NCBI GenBank assembly: GCA_003990765.1
Contig: RBNJ01000161.1
Coordinates: 1 to 38,505, forward strand
Length of the DNA: 38,505 nt
Source: Jimgerdemannia flammicorona
Taxonomy: Eukaryota
Direction: 5' to 3'
In this document: positions 25,501 to 38,302 of the stretch, one piece after another
Layout of the letters: each line of letters starts with the position of its first letter
Numbering within the stretch: the stretch's first letter is position 1
Notes under the pieces: generated by a model
Database searches by the model: none
Seen by the model: only the letters and a program-made list of their open reading frames with translations
What the model was told of the DNA's origin: nothing
Made by a program: the position numbers and the translations under genes

Positions 25501-27870
25501 ATCCATTATTATATCAAATCTTCAAGATCAAGACCTTTTCTCTACTAGATTTATAAAATGATTACCACTAGATCTTCATTAATGAAAAGAATATTAAAAA
25601 GACACTTTCTGAATATGTTTTAGATACTACTAGTTCCAGATCATACCTTTTGGCTTAACTAATATACTAGCAATATTCCAATATCTAATGAATAATATCT
25701 TTAGATCACTGCTCAATATTTGTATTCTTATATATATTAATAATATACTAATCTACAGTAAAATAGTAGAACTATACTATACCACCTCAGATAGACACTG
25801 ACTCTATTGTAAGAATACTAACTCTATACTAAGATAAGTAAATACAAATTCTATTAAGACTAAATTAAATATCTAGGACATATCATCTCTGCTGAAAAAA
25901 TCAATATAAACTCTCAAAAGATATCTACTCTCTAGGATATTTCCATTCCCACTACTCTCAAGCTACTTTAGTACTTCCTGGGTATTGCAGAATACTACTG
26001 AAGATTTATTTAGAGATATTCTGCTATTATAGTCTCACTGATCAGTCTGATCTATAAAAGAGTAAACATTAAGACTAAATAGATTTCTGAGTATACCCAG
26101 ACTATAGATTACCTCAAGAGGCTCCTTACTGAGGCTCCTGTACTAATTGCATCTAATCCCACTAGACTATTTATCTTGACCATAGATGTTATTGATATTG
26201 TCATTGGAGCAGTACTTAGCCAAGATGATCATTTAGTAATCTATCTCTCTCAGAAGCTCAAGCTAGCTAAGACTCAGTATACTACTCATAAGAAGAAACT
26301 TCTAGCCATTATTACTGCACTCCAGAAATAATATCATTTTCTCCTAGGATAACTATTTACTATAGTCTATACTAATCACTATACCCTATAATATATTCAT
26401 ATATAGCCTATACTGACTCATAGACAAGCTTATTGAATGGAATTATTGCTCTCTTTGATATAAAAATTAAGTATATCCCAGGCAAAACCAACTGTGTTAC
26501 TGATGGCTTCTCCAGATATATAGAAGATGAACTTATCTTTATAGTCAAGATAATTAGTAATCTTACTTAGATTATCAAGGATGGCTATCAACAAGACAGT
26601 CTTCTGTTGAAATTCCTTCAACTTAGCTAAGACCCTGAGGCTAAAGTCTCAGAACTCATAGAAAGAATGGCCAAAAGATTTACTTACCATGATGGACTCA
26701 TCTATAAGGACTATGATAGAGTAGTAGTATCTAAAGATAATACTCTACAACTTAAGATAATATAGGAACTCTATAATACTTCTATAGCAGAATACTTTGA
26801 TTTCAAGAAAACCTATAATCTTTTAAGAAATTTCTACTGATCAAGAATAACTAAGGACATTAAAGCCTTTATAGCTTCATATAAAATGTGCCAAAGATTT
26901 AAGAGTATATAGTAATAAGCTACCAGTAGAACTTCTATAACTCCTGCTCATCTCTAGCTATAACTGAGACCAGATTACTATAGACTTCATTATCTAGCTC
27001 CTTAAGACTAAGACAGGATGAGATGTCATTATAGTATTTATAGACTGCCTGAATAAACAAGCCTATTTTGTATCTACTAAGACCACTACTACAGCCTCTG
27101 AGATTATCAAAATCTTTTTTAATTAAGTATTTAGACTATATAACATATCTAGTACTATTATATCTGACTAAGATACTAAGTTTATAAATAACTTCTGAAA
27201 GATATTCTTCTCTCTCTATGATATCAAACTGAAGTTCTCTACAGCTTACTACCTCTAGACAGATGGTCAGACTGAGTGTACTAACAGGACTCTCAAGCAG
27301 ATGCTCAGTATCTTTTATTATTATAAATAAAATAATTAGAACAAATACCTGGCCTATGCTGAGTTTGCCTACAATAATAGTTAGCAAATTTCTATAAAGA
27401 AGACCCCATTCTTCCTAAATTATGGTCAATACTCAAGGACCCCAAGTACAATAGTAAAATCAGCAGTTCCAGTAGTCCAGAACTTAGCTAAGACTATTTC
27501 AGATCTTATATGAATGATAAGAGATATTTTTATAGAAGCACAGAACTACTAGACTAAGTATACCAACTTAAAGTAAAGAAAAGTCTTCTATAATATTAGT
27601 AATATGGTCATGCTTAGAACAGATCATCTCTATCCAGATATCTTGGTATAGCAATTATCCAAGAAGTTCTATAAGAGAAGAATTAGACCATATAATATTG
27701 TGGAAAAGTCAGTAAAGTTAACTACAAGCTGCAACTCTCTCATAATATTTGAGTTCATCTAGTATTCCATATCAGTCAATTAATAGACTACTATATGAAC
27801 TCATTCTCTAAGTATAAGCATACAACCTCTAAGCCACCAAAATCATATATTATCCTCAGAATAAATCTAG
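22425..27870 (+). mobile_element. Near-complete degenerate Ty3/gypsy element (gypsy-C): gag-PR-RT-RH-INT
   Basis: Gag ELKALLLNKF (~23330); protease LLDNSTTRNYI (~24718); [12 protein letters not shown] (~25730); RNase H FILTIDVIDIVIGAVLSQ; integrase TAYYL*TDGQTECTNRTLKQML (27241-27306) and VFHISQL. Domain order is gypsy-type. Ends approximate. Confidence 0.9.
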
Positions 27871-28629
27871 AAATTATATGCAAGATTATGAAGCTGAGTC
27901 AAACCAAAGTCATAGAGTACAAAGCTAAGTTAACTTGAAGTCATGGAACATAATTTACACAAATAGAATCTTACCAATCAGGACTAAAAGTATATATACT
28001 GAAAATATAGATATATCAAAACAGAGAATTATAACAAACCAAACAAATAACTACAACTCTTAAATATATATATAAATATGATTACTGAGATCTACAACTG
28101 TATCTATGTTGACATTTAGAATATCATTGTCAACTAAGTCACACCTTGCCTGCCCCTTATAAATATCCATAGTCTGGTACCTCTCTATGTTATATAGGCT
28201 CAATGAAATGCTCTAAACATACTCAGTAAAGTCTATCAAATCAGACAAATCTCAAGCTACTATTAGATCAGCTATCTTCTAGAAGATATGGTTGAATACT
28301 GCCATAATACAGATATTATCTAAATGTCCCAACACTAGAAATTTATTACTCACAAATACTGAGAACTCTTTTATAAGTATAGTATCTTTATTTCCCACCT
28401 CTGAGTTACTACTGCTGTAATGGTTGCTACTCTATCTTATAGCTAAATTGATGATATGATATAAAAACTCAACCATAAGTATATTGAGTATGTTCAAACC
28501 ACAGACAGAATCTTCCTATATCTCAATGACCACATCCTGTAAATACCCCAAGTTGGATATACTATAAAGGATATTTTTTTTTTTTTTTTTTTTTTTTATA
28601 GTCACTTGGACTTCTTTATTACCCAAATC

Positions 28630-31600
28630 TCTAATACAACAATGACACCATTTGATAACTACTATATATCCAATATACAGAGCAGGGCCCATCAGTCCAC
28701 ACTTTCTCTCTACCATATCCCTCTATCATCTAGCACCAGGTACCTGCAACTCCTCTGTACAATGTCCTATATCTTTCTCATGGCTCCTAACTAGTGCCTC
28801 TTCCCCTAAAACCACTACCCTTATACTACTTCCAGAAGTAACCATCTCCACCACTCCACCAATTTACCAATTCCCATCCAGGAATCTCTCTCAAATACCT
28901 ATCTCCAGTACACCACCATTAGGACCCAGACACCAAAGATACAGCCCAAGCTCCCCCACATATCCCCAGTCTCTCCCACCAGTCACTACTTGATCACCAG
29001 ACCAGTGGGGCCCCCTGGTCACCTACCCTCATGACCCCAATATTCTTCCAATATCTGCCAATACCCTTCAACCCCTGGACATATTACCAATATATGTTCT
29101 GGTATCTATACTACACCACCATCTACCTCACAACACCACTCACATTCCCTTATACCTTCTATCACTATCCATCCTGTCCAGTACCCCAATATTATATTCC
29201 TCCTCAAGAATCTCCACTATACTACCCAAAACTTTGGTAGAACTACCTTGAGCAAGGAGTCCCCCCATTACCATATCTGACCCCACTTCCAATCTTCACC
29301 AAACCCAGCCTTCTGCCAACCAACTGGCCACCTCTCTAGTGGGCCTGTCCTGATCTATTCTATTGCTCCAGATAGAGAGTATTCTACCAACCAGTGATCA
29401 CCAATATGAAGGTTTCCTAGTCACCACTATTTCTGCTCCAGGTCTTTCTTGTCACCTGGCTCTGAACTATTAAGTCCCATTGTCAGCCAGGCCTCTATAA
29501 TACCCCACCAGAACCCCTTGTAACACAATCTGCTGATCCTTCCCACCTGAAGCAAACCCCATATATCCTTCCTTACCTTACCACAGAGACAGAACCTGAC
29601 CTCCCAATTGTCCATAGCCAGTCTGCCCCAACCCTCTACACCTAATTCTGTCAATTGACAACCCCACCAGCCTCAAAGCATCTTCAACTGTCTCCAAAAG
29701 TCCACTAGCCCCAGACTACCATTCAATGTCTGCATCACTACCATCTCCTAACTAATCTGTGGTCTTCTTCCTAACTATAGCCATCCTTTCACTATCTTCT
29801 TCAGATGCTATATCACCTAACCAGAGAAGTCCAAATGGTACTCTAGATATCACAGCTTAGGCAACCAGTATACATTCAGCACTACAACCCTTCTGACTAA
29901 GGAGAAGCCCCTCCCTGACCATCCTGTCAAGGTACTCTCCCACTTCTGTATCATACCATACCACCACTCCTTTGGCAGTACCATACTATATACTGAAAAC
30001 CAGATACCCAAGTATTGGACTACCTCTCCAGTACCAACTGTTTGTCCAAACTATCTATTCTCTCTAAGCCCAGCCCCAAGTTCTATGGTCTCACACTTGC
30101 CCCAATTCAATTTTGCCCCTGTCTGTCTCTCATATTGTCCAACCCCTTCTTGCAGACTTTTGACATTCTCTATACAGCCTAACCCAACTACTATATTATC
30201 TACAAAAGCCCCCAACTTCCAGACCATATCCCCCATCTGCAATTCAGTCAGCCTCCCCTTCAGCCAAGCCAATAAAGGCTCCAAGGATAAAATATATAAC
30301 AGGGGTGAAAGAGAATCCCCCTGTGGTACACCTCTCTCTAAGGCAAATCTGGGCCACACTACCCATTCATCAGTACTACTGCTCAACACCCTCACACCAG
30401 GCCCATCAAGTTTCGAGCCTCTACCATACTGAACCCTACTTTCTGTAGTACTGCCTCCAAGTAGTCCCACCTTACTCTATCATATGTCTTTTCTTAATTC
30501 AGAAAGACCATCTGCCCATCTATTTGTCGACTTCTACAGCCCTCTAAAATGTTTTGCACCCAGGCAGTACTGTCCCAAATCTGTCTCCCCTTAATGAAAC
30601 CTTACTGGTCCTCACCCACCAATTGGCCAATCCACCACTGTATCCTTCTTGCCAAAATTTTGGATACCAACTTTCTGTCCACATTCAGTAACATAATTGA
30701 CCACCAGTTTCTCCATACACATCAGTCTCCTTTCTCATTATATAACAGAGATACCAACTCTAAAGAACCATTACCAATCCAGCAACCTTCTCTCAATATG
30801 AAGTTTGCCATTTCAACTAGCCATTTATCAAACTCAGCCCAGAATTCCCTGCAGAACTCCTAAGGCAGTCCATCCTCCCCTAGCAATGAGCCAGCCTACA
30901 CATTTCTCAGCACCTCCAATACCTCTTCAAGGGCCACCATGCCCATCACTGCTCTATCTATCTCAGGCACCACTACCACTGGCCAGCTGTCAACTAAGTC
31001 ATCATTAACCCCCTGTAATACCTTGCTCTCTACTGGCCCTCCTTCATCCTGCCAGAGGGCATGCCATTGGTCAGATATCTCATCAAGCATATCAGTAATG
31101 TCAGTAACCTCAATTCTATCCTCCTGCAATACTGATGCCCAGCTGTGCCACACTCTCTTGGCTTTCAAGATTTCTGATAAATATTTAGTGGGCCACTCTC
31201 CTTCCTCCAAGTGCCTTGCCTACAATCTTGCCAACAGGCCATCTATCACCCTATCTTCAGCTGCCCTCAAATTCAATTTTAACTCAGCCACCTCCTTGGC
31301 CAACTGGCAGCATCACTCTCCTGATAATTTCTCTCCTTCCAATAGCCTCAGCCACTATTGGAGTCCCTGCTCCACTCTCCTCTCTCTATTCTTCTGCTCT
31401 CTCCCAGCTATCTCCCCAACATCATGCCAGTAAGTACCTGCCAAATGTTTAAATTTATCCCACCACTGCTCTATTGGCTGTCCACTGCTCTTTCACTACA
31501 ATACTTCCTGCCTCGCAATTGCCACAAACTGTTCTCACTCTGTCTGCCTTTTGAGTAGCCACATTAAGTCTCCAGTGACCTCCACCTCTGCCTGTTACCC

Positions 31601-32321
31601 AAAATTTCCCCTGCACCTCAACTCCCCAGTGGTCTGACCAAGGATACCACTGTACCTCTGCTGAATCCAGCACATTATCCCAACATTCTGTTACTAGAAT
31701 CCAATCAATCCTTGTTCCCACCAAGTTCTCACCAACTGAATACCACCTAGTAAAGAGCCCCAGTCTCTCTCCTTGATGTTGCCATACCCCATCAACTAAT
31801 CTCATATCCCACTCAACCTGAAGCTATTGCAAGAGTCTGGCTGACACAGCTACACCCACTCTACCATCAGATCTATCTAGTGTCCTGTCATACACTATAT
31901 TAAAATCTCTCCCCAGAATGTCCAGCCCAATCCCTTCTCAGCCTCCCCAAGCCAGCCAGTCCTCCACCTATTGGTTTCACTCTCTGCCAACTGCTGGTAA
32001 GTAAGCAGAGCCTACTATAAGCCCATTACCAGCTCCTCCTTTTAATCTTCTCCAAACCAATCAATCACCATAGACTGCAATCTCTACCAGCTCATCTCTC
32101 CCCAAACCAATCAAGATCCCCACCTGCTCATTCCACCCTACACTGCCATACCATTCTTTGCTCTATTCCAAATAATCCTACTCACCATAGGCTTGAATAT
32201 CTTGAAGAAATACCACATCATACCTCCTGACCTTTAGCCAATGAAATAGATGCCTCCACTTCACTCCATCATATAGACCATTGACATTTAGTAATAATAT
32301 ATGCAGATTGTTCATCATCAT
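28630..32321 (-). pseudogene. L1-e ORF2 (APE endonuclease + reverse transcriptase)
   Basis: MMMNNLHILLLNVNGL, VVFLQDIQ, GTRIDWIL, YPWSDHW, GHWRLN, RGVPQGDSLSPLLY, AFVDNIVV, GAKLNWGKC. End coordinate approximate. Confidence 0.88.
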
Positions 32322-32334
32322 TGAGAAGAATGTT

Positions 32335-34140
32335 TAAAGCTCCACCAGAATTACCACCACCTTTTCAGCTCAACCAAGGATTATTTCCTTTTATTCTTCA
32401 CAGATGGCTCTCTAGATATGGGCACCATTCATACCACTGCAGAAGATATCTACCCTCTCAGATGCTACTTTCCTGATATCAGCCATCTAGGCCTCATCTA
32501 CCTCATATCTTTCATCATCCAGAAGTGCTACCACCATTACTGTCACCAGTTTTGGCCCCTACAATACAATATTGAGAAATCCTTCCCAAGCCTCCTGAGA
32601 TCCATTGAATATGTCCACTTCCTTAATATCCTCCTCTACCAGCTCTTCAAGTACTGCCTGATACCAATTATCTGTAGTGATCACCAGAGGTCCAGGGGTG
32701 GTAGGCCTTGGGGTCCTACTCAGCTCCTATAGCATCTCTCTGTCTGCTGACACATCAGAGGTCATGTCTACCAGATCATCCTTCTCAGCATCCTTCTCCA
32801 GCCATACTACCTCACCTGTCTCTAGACATTCCCAATGAATATTTGCTGCTCCTGCCATGTGAACATCCTCTAACTGGGTCTCAGGTACTATCTCAACAAT
32901 ATCCTCAAAGCCCCCTTCACCTATCTCCTCCTTATCAGCCTACTTCTCCTTTACTGGTATATGAGCTGAGTTCTCCACACCTCCCAGTTGTAAAAAGGAC
33001 ACCTCAGTTGTCTCTATCTCCTCCATCTGACTCTTGGTCATTTCCACTCACACTTCCTTCTCTATTTTCACACCTTGGAGGACTGTTTGCAGGTGCTCTC
33101 AGTTTGTCTTCCACCACCTCTTTCTCCTCCTCTCTGTCAGAATCCAGATCCAGTCCTTGGCAAACTCCTCTCATCTCCTCTTATGCAGTTCCTTTGTGGC
33201 CTTTCTCTCCTCCAGAGCAAGTAGTAATTTCTCCTCCTCCTGTTCAGATCCTTTCCTTCTCCACACCTTGCACTCCTGCCCTCCAATATGAATCACCTCT
33301 GGCCAGTCTCTTTCTAGCCCTGTGGTCTCCTTGCCCTCCAGCCTCACTATGATCTCACAGTTGCCATTTCTCAGCTTAGTCCCCTCCCAGAACATAAATC
33401 CAAAGTCAACCATCTCACCAAAGCCTGCCAGTGTCTTTGCCACTATCTCCTTCATCTCCTGTCTCCCAAGAGTTAGCAGCCCTTCTACCATCAGATGTAC
33501 TATATGTAGATCTCACCTCAGATACCTCACTATTTCAATCTTGATGCTCTTGACTACCAACCCTTTCTCTAGGACCTTCACCATCTCCTTCTTCTCCACA
33601 AAGCCAATCTCCACTGCCTCTACTGACAGAATAAACTTCAAGAACTCTGTGCCTGCAATCTCCTCTCCCACTAGCCACAACACCTCTCTGGCAGACAAAC
33701 CCAGTCTCAGAAAATTCATTGAGATCACCCATATTGATACCGATTTGTAGAAAAAAGGACACACCACTAGTTCTCCAGAGCCAGCTACTATTATCACCTT
33801 CCTCTTACTTTCCAAGATACCAACAGTCACCCCACTAGCCCCAGGAAGCTCACCAGCAGTTTCACTCCCAGCCACTGGCCCAGCCACTGGCCCAGCCCCA
33901 GGAATACCAGTCTCAGCTATCCCACCTCCTGACCTCTGTCCCCTGGCAGTCACCTGACCTGCCATCTGACCAGTCACCTGACTCTCTCTCCTGTCAATAC
34001 TACATCTCCCCTGCCCTACTCCCATGGACCTAGCAGTAGCCCTCCTGTCCTCCATCACTATATGCCAGCCCTCAATACTAGCTGACCTCTGCTGACCACC
34101 TGTCCCCTCAGCAGCAGCACCAGTCCCTACCACTACCACA
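32335..34140 (-). pseudogene. L1-e ORF1
   Basis: MVEGLLTL...AGFGEMVDFGFMFWEGTKLRNGNCEIIVRLEGKETTGLERDWPEV is homologous to the L1-b ORF1 core. Both ends approximate. Confidence 0.75.
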
Positions 34141-34439
34141 AAACTCTTAAGGAGGCCCAGGCCAGATCTTCTTCTCTCTAAGCATCCAGAGCTTGATGAG
34201 TCTTAGGTTGCCATTTGATGAAAACCCAATGGATCCAGATGAACCTTACTGTGAATTGTTGCCAGACTTCTGCTATACCTAGTACACCAGTATAGATAAA
34301 GTGAAAACTTGAAAACATATTGCTTTTCACAAAAAGATGTATGTGTGGCTTAGCTCACTCTGAGTGGTTTGAGTAAAAGAAGTCACCATGAAGGATATCT
34401 ATAATATAATCTAGTTCAATAATGATGAAGCAGAAGATA

Positions 34440-37026
34440 ACTATATTATACCAACTTCAAGCAATACTTTTCAACATAACTCAGAGAAAAGGTACTAGTA
34501 AAATATCATTAAGTAAGAGTTTTGATAAGTATACTGAGTCAGATAGATCTGGGGCATTTAGCTGACAGTATGTAGAGAGAGATTATGACCTAAGGATAGG
34601 TGCTTTTAGAGGGACAAATGATGGAGAGAGCTCTGGAGAAACTAGTATTTGGTGGAAATGGGGGTAGATCTGAGTTTCCAAGCTTTATAGATAAGATGAA
34701 GGAGGGTAGATGGTCAGTTGGAACTAGGGCTGAAGTTGCTGAGAGAAAGAACAAGGCTAGTATAGGAAGAGAGAGGCCCTCAGTTTGGAGAAGTGAGTAT
34801 AGATACTGGAAGTACTGTGGCTGAGAGCAGAAGAGTGACTGCTGATAGCAGTGTGACAGTAGATCTAGAAAAAAAAAGAGATATGATGGCTGATGGAAGG
34901 ACTAAGCAGGGGATCCAAAAGAGGTAGGGGGATTTGGCTGATAGTATAACAGACCTGGCAGTGGCCCTATTACTTAAGAAGTCAATTTTAGAGTTTGCTG
35001 TCACTTTGTATTTTTGAGGGCTAGCTATGATAGTAAAGATAGTATTGGAGCTCATATTGAAGCAGATGGCAGGAGTAGTTTTAGTAAAGTTCCTGAGGGA
35101 TATGAAGAGGGTAGAGGTGGGCTTTGAGGAGGTAGGACCACTGGAGAAGGCATTGAAGGCTGGGCTGGCTATTGAAGAAGTGGCAGTACCTATGGCATAG
35201 TGCTTGAGATAGGACTCAAGAGTGGTCTAGCTCTTGGTAAAAGAGGTACTCATAGTAATGATAGTTGAGATGAGGTGTAGAGTTGAGGAGGTTATAGCAG
35301 AGTATAGAGAAGTAGTTGATATTGGATTCTAGATATAGGAAGAGACTACTTTTCAAACTGAGATATAGATATCAGGATTCAGCTGGCTGGGAGGGAGGCC
35401 ACTGGAAAGCCTTGGGACTAGCCTTCAGTAATGCTGTAGAGAGCCTTTATCTGTAAGATATCAAGGATGAAGGAGAGTGAGGAGGAGGAGGAGGACCTAC
35501 TGGAGGCCCTGGAAGAACTTGGTAGAGCTGTAGAATATAGAGCAAAGGTATGAAATACCTATGTAGATTTGATATATTTGGAGATAGTAGATGGAAAGTA
35601 TATCTGAGTAGACAAAGGATAATGGGAGAGAGCACAGAAAAGGAAGAAATAGAGAGAGCTATTGGTGAGTCTAAAGGAGAAGGCAGTCATGGGATTGGGT
35701 GAATTAGAGACTACTGAGGGGGCATAGACAAGTGTTTGGGCCAGTGGAGGAGGGGAGCAGAAGATGGCAGATGATCAAACAAGTAAGGTGACTAGGGATT
35801 AGGTGCTGTATGATGATAGCATTCTAGAGGTCTAGGAGGAGGAGAAGGTGAGCAGAGTGCAGGCTGCCATTGGGAGGATACAAGCTGGTGAGGATATAGA
35901 GATAAGAGATATACACAGGGTTCAGTTTGGAGTACCAGATGTAGAGATGGGGGGGTAGGTGATAGGAACTAAGGAAGATGAGTTGGTTAATGTCTCTGAG
36001 GAGGAGTGGGAAGAATATGCCAGTGCTGGTGTAGATACTTCAATACTGAGTGAGGGGAGACTAGATACTCCTGGAGATAAGGACATTGGGGACTTACAGT
36101 GGATGTGTCACATAATATATAACTTGGTGACAGAGGAATTAAGAGATATAGATCTGCAAGTTGTCAGTGAGAAGTATTGGGAGAGGGTACTCTATGGCAA
36201 TGGTGTGGTGGAGGCTCTTAAGGTCAAGGTATTGGCCATCTTTATAGAGGAGGAGGGATATGAGGTTGATAAAGCAAGAGAGAAAAAACTGGTAGTAATA
36301 GTAGGGGAACAGGTAGCTTTCTGGTGAGAGCAGAGGCAGGGACTTCAACTTTGGCAGAGAGTATACCAGGAGTATCAGGACATGATAGAGGAGAAGAAGA
36401 ATGTAGAATTGGCTGATCTTCTGACTGGATTTGAGGCTAAAAGGATGAAGAATGTGGAGATTACTGTAGAGCATAAATTTGACCTAGTAAGAGAGGAGAT
36501 GAGTGTAGAGTTGTAAAAGGAACATTCTTCTTTTAACATTATTTCCAATAAACAGTAAAACCAAAATCTTTTCTTTGAATGTAAATAGGCTATAGGGCTC
36601 TGGCAGATGGCATAATATTTTCACTTAGCTTAAGAGATTGGAGACTGATCTCTTTCTGTTGCAAGATATACAATATGAGGATGATGTAGATTAAGTGGAG
36701 TGGATAAGAGAATGGGGGGGTACTGCAGTGTGGAAGGGCAAGATGGCAATTCTGATGAGAAATGATAGAGGAGAAATAGGTGGAGTTAGGAGTTGGGGTG
36801 ACCAGTTGGTGTGGGGGGAATGGATTCAGCTGAGCTGGGTACTAGTGGTGATTGGTTCTTGCTACTATCTAGCTATCAGGGGTGAGCATATGCATAAATT
36901 AATAGACTATTGGAAAGGGGCATTCTTGTAGAGGATGGGGTTGATATTCTGACAGAGAACTTCAATATAATCAGAAATCTTCAGTTGGACAGGACTGATA
37001 GAGAAAGGAGTGCTAGAGGAAGGAGC
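34440..37026 (+). mobile_element. LINE 5' half (L1-f): ORF1 ~34503-36516 and start of ORF2 from ~36548, cut inside the endonuclease
   Basis: Colinear with L1-b from near its 5' end to ~17140; KIFSLNVNRL, DLFLLQDIQ and a decayed GDFN motif (ENFN); homology stops at the tandem array. Confidence 0.88.
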
Positions 37027-38028
37027 CGGGCAACACGGGTAAGATGGGCAAGACAGGCAAGACGGCAAGACGGGCGACATGGGCAAGACGGGCAAAACCG
37101 GCAAAACGACACAGGCAAGACGGGCAAGACAGGCAAGATGGGCAAGACGGGCAAGACAGGCAAAACGGGCAAAACGGGCAAGATGGGCAACACGGGTAAG
37201 ATGGCAAGACGGGTGACATGGGCAAGATGGGCAACATGGGCAAGATGGGCAAAACGGGCAAAATGACACGGGCAAGACCGGCAAAACGGGCAAGATGGGC
37301 AACACGGGCAAGACGGCAAGACGGGCGACATGGGCAAGATGGGCAAAACAGACAAAACGACAGGGCAAGACCGGCAAAGCGGGCAAGATGGGCAACACGG
37401 GCAAGACAAGATGGGCGACATGGGCAAGACGGGCAAAACAGGCAAAACGACAGGCAAGACAGGCAAGACGGGCAAGACGGGCGAGATGGGCAAGACGGGC
37501 AAGATGGGCAAGACGGGTAACATGGGCAAGACGAGCAAGACGGGCAAGACGGCAAGATGGGTGACATGGGCAAGATGGGCAAAACGGGCAAAACGACATG
37601 GACAAGACGGGCAAAACGGGCAAAACGGGCAAGACGGCAAGATGGGCGACATGGGCAAGACGGGCAAAACGGGCAAAACGATATGGGCAAGACCAGCAAA
37701 ACAGGCAAGATGGGCAACACAGGCAAGACAAGATGGGCGACATGGGCAAGACGGGCAAAACGGGCAAAACGACAGGCAAGATGGGCAAGACGGGCAAGAT
37801 GGGCAAGGCGGGTAACATGGGCATGACGGGCAAGACGGGCAAGACGGCAAGTCAGGCGACATGGGCAAGATGGGCAAAATGGGCAAAACGACATGGGCAA
37901 GACGCGGGTAACACAGGCAAGATGGGCAAGACGGGCAAGATGGCAAGATGGGCGATATGAGCAAGATGGGCAAAATGGGAAAAATGACATGGGCAACCAG
38001 GCAAGATGGGCAAGATGGGCAAGATGGG
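37027..38028. repeat. Minisatellite of 8-9-bp GGGCAA(G/A/C)A(C/T) units with higher-order blocks
   Basis: About 1 kb of GGGCAAGAC/GGGCAAGAT/GGGCAAAAC/GGGCAACAC variants; a GGG(C/T)GACAT-type variant recurs nine times. Confidence 0.97.
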
Positions 38029-38037
38029 GAGGCACTA

Positions 38038-38302
38038 ATAGGGGTAGGCCAGGTGCACTAGATGCCAAGTACTTGAGGTGGTTGGGGCTTACAACCCATA
38101 CCCACTTTTGGGTGGGGCAGGCTGGGTAGGAGGATCTAGTTACTCAGGCAGTGAGGTCGTAACTCACATCCTAAAGGTGCTTAGATTGTTATTGGTTTGG
38201 AAATTGTAGTGTGAGAGTAGGGTGGGGTGAGATGCAGAATATGGCTGCTGGTATGGCATGAGGATTTTAGATAGTTAATAAATGGGGCTCTGGCCTATAG
38301 AG

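Larger units (their letters stand above)
28575..34383 (-). mobile_element. Full-length degenerate L1/Tx1-like LINE, divergent subfamily (L1-e)
   Basis: T-run to 28597; 15-bp TSD TACTATAAAGGATAT (28560-28574) / CACCATGAAGGATAT (34384-34398) with 3 transitions; family 3' motif present. Confidence 0.9.

Noticed and set aside
27870..27960. Chromodomain after gypsy-C integrase (QDYEAE..SHRV)
   Set aside because: Only a weak resemblance; the YLVKW and TWEP motifs are not recoverable.
37027..38028. CRISPR array or telomeric tract
   Set aside because: No unique spacers and no cas genes; the context is eukaryotic. The unit is not TTAGGG-like, has higher-order structure and is internal.
36907..38129. 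Long ORFs (up to 351 aa) such as GKTGKM, PVLPIL and ARLAH repeats
   Set aside because: They are open in nearly all frames on both strands because the 9-bp unit has no stop codon; 8-bp units shift frame freely, so there is no sign of coding constraint.
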